The notes under the pieces are model-generated. The model did no database searches and had not been told where the DNA came from. It saw only the letters and a list, made by a program, of their open reading frames with translations. From Raja brachyura (lineage: Eukaryota): a DNA stretch of 64,000 nt. The translations under genes were made by a program, and so were the position numbers. Below, one piece after another: positions 60,562 to 64,000 of this stretch. How positions within the stretch are numbered: position 1 is the first letter of the stretch; each line of letters opens with the position of its first letter. The stretch spans positions 42,780,001 to 42,844,000 of the forward strand of contig OY740800.1 in NCBI GenBank assembly GCA_963514005.1, written 5' to 3'.

Positions 60562-61983
60562 AGGGTTCTAAAAGTAAACCTAGCAATTATAGAACGGTTA
60601 GTTTGACTTCAGTGGTGGGCAAATTAATGGAAAAGATACTTAGAGATAATAAATATAAGTATCTGGATAAAGAGGGCCTAATTAGGAACAGTCAACATGG
60701 ATTTATGCCTGGAAGGTCATGTTTGACTAATCTTCTTGAATTTTTTGAAGAGGTTACTAGGGAAATTGACGAGGGTAAAGCAGTGGATGTTGTCTATATG
60801 GACTTCAGTAAGGCCTTTGACAAGGTTCCTCATGGAAGGTTGGTTAAGAAGGTTCAACTGTTGGGTGTAAATGCAGGAATAGCAAGATGGATTCAACAGT
60901 GGCTGAATGGGAGAAGCCAGAGGGTAATGGTGGATGGCTGTTTGTCGGGTTGGAGGCAGGTGACTAGTGGGGTGCCTCAGGGATCTGTGTTGGGTCCTTT
61001 GTTGTTTGTCATGTACATCAATGATCTGGATGAAGGGGTGGTAAATTGGATTAGTAAGTATGCAGATGATACCAAGATAGGGGGTGTTGTGGATAATGAA
61101 GAGGATTTCCAAAGTCTACAGAGTGATTTAGGCCAGTTGGAAAAATGGGCTGAAAGATGGCAGATGGAGTTTAATGCTGATAAATGTGAGGTGCTACACC
61201 TTGGCAGGACAAATCAAAATAGGACGTACATGGTAAACGGTAGGGAATTGAAGAATACAGTTGAACAGAGGGATCTGGGAATAACCGTGCATAGTTCCTT
61301 GAAGGTAGAATCTCATATAGATAGGGTGGTAAAGAAAGCTTTTGGTATGCTAGCCTTTATAAATCAGAGCATTGAGTATAGAAGCTGGGATGTAATGTTA
61401 AAATTGTACAAGGCGTTGGTGAGACCAAATCTGGAGTATGGTGTACAATTTTGGTCGCCCAATTATAGGAAGGATGTCAACAAAATAGAGAGGGTACAGA
61501 GGAGATTTACTAGAATGTTGCCTGGGTTTCAACAGCTAAGTTACAGAGATAGGTTGAATAAGTTAGGTCTTTATTCTCTGGAGCGCAGAAGGTTAAGGGG
61601 GGACTTGATAGATGTCTTTAAAATGATGAGAGGGATAGACAGAGTTAATGTGGACAAGCTTTTCCCTTTGAGAATAGGGAAGATTCAAACAAGAGGACAT
61701 GACTTTAGAATTAAGGGACAGAGGTTTAGGGGTAACATGAGGGGGAACTTCTTTACTCAGAGAGTGGTAGCGGTGTGGAATGAGCTTCCAGTGGAAGTGG
61801 TGGCGGCAGGTTCGTTGGTATCATTTAAAAATAAATTGGATAGGCATATGGATGAGAAGGGTATGGAGGGTTATGGTATGAGTGCAGGCAGGTGGGACTA
61901 AGGGAAAAAAGTTGTTCGGCACGGACTTGAAGGGCCGAGATGGCCTGTTTCCGTGCTGTAATTGTTATATGGTGTTATATGGT
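60562..61983 (+). mobile_element. 5'-truncated young CR1 LINE, same subfamily as 27716-32141
   Basis: Nearly identical to the reverse complement of 27716-29128. The tail is gttatatggtgttatatgg. Confidence 0.95.
60603..61901 (+). CDS. CR1 ORF2 reverse-transcriptase domain and C-terminus (open but 5' truncated, no natural start)
   Basis: QHGF, DFSKAFDKV, GVPQGSVLGP, YADD, RRRLRGDLI, TRGH and WNELP motifs. Confidence 0.85.
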   Translation: MTSVVGKLMEKILRDNKYKYLDKEGLIRNSQHGFMPGRSCLTNLLEFFEEVTREIDEGKAVDVVYMDFSKAFDKVPHGRLVKKVQLLGVNAGIARWIQQWLNGRSQRVMVDGCLSGWRQVTSGVPQGSVLGPLLFVMYINDLDEGVVNWISKYADDTKIGGVVDNEEDFQSLQSDLGQLEKWAERWQMEFNADKCEVLHLGRTNQNRTYMVNGRELKNTVEQRDLGITVHSSLKVESHIDRVVKKAFGMLAFINQSIEYRSWDVMLKLYKALVRPNLEYGVQFWSPNYRKDVNKIERVQRRFTRMLPGFQQLSYRDRLNKLGLYSLERRRLRGDLIDVFKMMRGIDRVNVDKLFPLRIGKIQTRGHDFRIKGQRFRGNMRGNFFTQRVVAVWNELPVEVVAAGSLVSFKNKLDRHMDEKGMEGYGMSAGRWD

Positions 61984-63745
61984 AAAATGTAATCCTTGTT
62001 CTGAAGAATCTAATTTTTCAAATTTCAGATTCGTTGAAAACCTTACTTTAGATGTTGTAAATTTTGATTGCTGAAGGAAATGCAGGAGGAAAAGAATCTT
62101 CAGATAGCCTTTTGAGTAAACCATGGTACCTTGTGATCAAATTGTGCCTTTTTAACGAGGAATTGTATACAATTGGCATAGCCAAAATCTATAGTGCTAC
62201 TTGGCCTGCAATTTGACTATATGACACCAAATTGTCGCAGAAATAACAGCAGGCAGAAAACCGGTACCACCCAAAAGTGCACAAGACGCAATAAATATTG
62301 TGAAATTAAGTGTTACATTTAGATATTTAACACAGGTTTAGATTCCAATGTTAATTGTTAGACTAAATTGCTTCTATTTCACTGGTTATAACCATAGTCT
62401 TGATGCAAAACATATTATTGATCAAATAGTTACATCCTACAACTAAACATTAAGAGATGAGATGAGGTGGCTGGCTACCAACGTATTGAGAATATGTTTT
62501 CTCTTGAGCGGAATTTCACAACAGACACTGCACGGGAAATGTAGAAGTTGAGTCAATGAATATTTCAGCTCAGTGGAGAATAGGTAGAAAAGTTGTATTG
62601 AGAGCAGGATCATGGCCTCTGAGTGGCTTCGGCTCAAGGGCCAGATGGCATTCTCCTGCTCTGAATTCTTACATTGTTATGTTCATGATTTAGTGGACTA
62701 GTTCAGAGATTCTTTATGTCTTCCATTTTGGGAATGAAACCCAAAGGCCCTTTGTGTGAAGAGGCATTAGTGTCATTAAAAGTCATAGCGCATGATAGCA
62801 GACATTAGCTTTAAACATATTGGAGGATGGCCACAGTATTTAGATTGGGTAGGAAAAGCCTAAAGATGGAAATTTGTTTTTATATATTATCAATGTTAAA
62901 ATATAAATAGAACAGAGAAATGTGAAAATATTTGAGTGGTTATGTATGGCTATTTGAATGCAGCTTATTAGATGGTTGACTTGGATATTTGAGGAATAGA
63001 TATGCTGTTTGTGAGGGCATCTTGTAAGCGAGAGGGATGGTTGGGGGAATACTGAGGTGAGTTTACAACTTAAGGCTATGCCGAGAGAGTGTCAGAAGAA
63101 AAACATGGATGAATACATTTAAAGGAATATTTTAATGTCTTCCATGTCATTGAATACAGCGAGTAGCTCACAGACAAGGAGGAAATACCAGAGATGCTAA
63201 AAATGAAAAACAAAAACAGGAAACTATCTTAAATTTTCAAACTTAAAATCGAGATTGGAAGGCTGTAATGTGCTTAGTCAGAAGGCCATTAGGAACACTG
63301 GGGCAATGGGAGTTGAGAAATCCAAAGGATTAGAGCCACCAGCTCAGGGTTAGGGTTGGAACTGAAGGTTCTGGAATATGTGAGAGAGAATTGATGTAAT
63401 GTGAGTGGGAGACTGAAAGTGTGTCTTGTTGCAGTTCCAGTCCAATGCTGGTGCAACATGATTTTTGCAAGGTAATTAGAAAGAAGCAGTTATGATGGTG
63501 GACGATTGAAATGCCAGGCCACACAGATTCAAAATGTTGGAAAAAAGTTACAAGGGATATACGAAGTAAAAAAACATCCTTCTTTAGTCAGAGGTTAGAG
63601 TCCGAAACTCACCATCTGTGGGATGGTGCGAGTATCATCCATCATTCCAAAAGGCATTGGGCAAGCACTTGGGACGGAAAAATTTACAGAGCCATGGGAA
63701 AGAGCTGGGGGAATTCGAACTGCGCTCGGAGCCAGTATGACCAAA

Positions 63746-63840
63746 GATAGACACAAAATGCTGGGGTAACTCAGCAGGACAGGCAGCATCTCTGGAAAGA
63801 AGGAATGGGTGACGTTTCGGGTCGAGACCCTTCTTCAGAC
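63746..63840 (-). mobile_element. PLE-derived element (subfamily B) with intact hammerhead core
   Basis: Minus strand reads gtCTGAAGAagggtctcgacccGAAACGTCaccc (63840-63807). Confidence 0.85.
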
Positions 63841-64000
63841 AAGGTATAAGACCAATGGGTTTAGTCGTCTCCTGCTTGAGCTGTAACAATTCTATCACCA
63901 TACAATACTATCCAAGACAAAGCAGTGCTCTTGGTTGGCTTCCATACTTTAATCATTTGTGTACTCTACGACTAGCACACTGGAACCTTGTATTACCAGG

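Overview
Eukaryotic, AT-rich, repeat-dense vertebrate genomic DNA, most likely a cartilaginous fish (skate/ray-like), inferred from HE1-type V-SINEs, HER1/CR1-type tails and DeuSINE-like relics. I cannot identify any host protein-coding exon, so this looks like a large intron or gene desert. The only long ORFs belong to retrotransposons. One is a nearly intact minus-strand CR1 LINE (about 27716-32141; ORF1 with zinc finger and SGNH esterase, ORF2 EN-RT broken by one in-frame TGA and one late frameshift), headed by a 17 x 19-bp minisatellite. The other is a near-identical 5'-truncated copy in inverted orientation (60562-61983). The most striking non-coding signal is a family of about 20 or more short Penelope-like (PLE) pseudo-LTR elements carrying a minimal type I hammerhead-ribozyme core (CUGAAGA-A-helix II-GAAAC-GUH). 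Three of them have 14-bp target-site duplications, one is a tandem/inverted multi-core composite, and one is still joined to what looks like a PLE ORF end. Also present: a complete non-autonomous Helitron carrying a CRE palindrome plus a truncated relative with two, a TA-flanked Tigger5/MER47-like MITE, a Vingi-like LINE end, Rex1-type fragments, many CR1 tails, poly-G tracts and a few unexplained structured or conserved-looking segments. All family names come from motif recognition, not from database searches.
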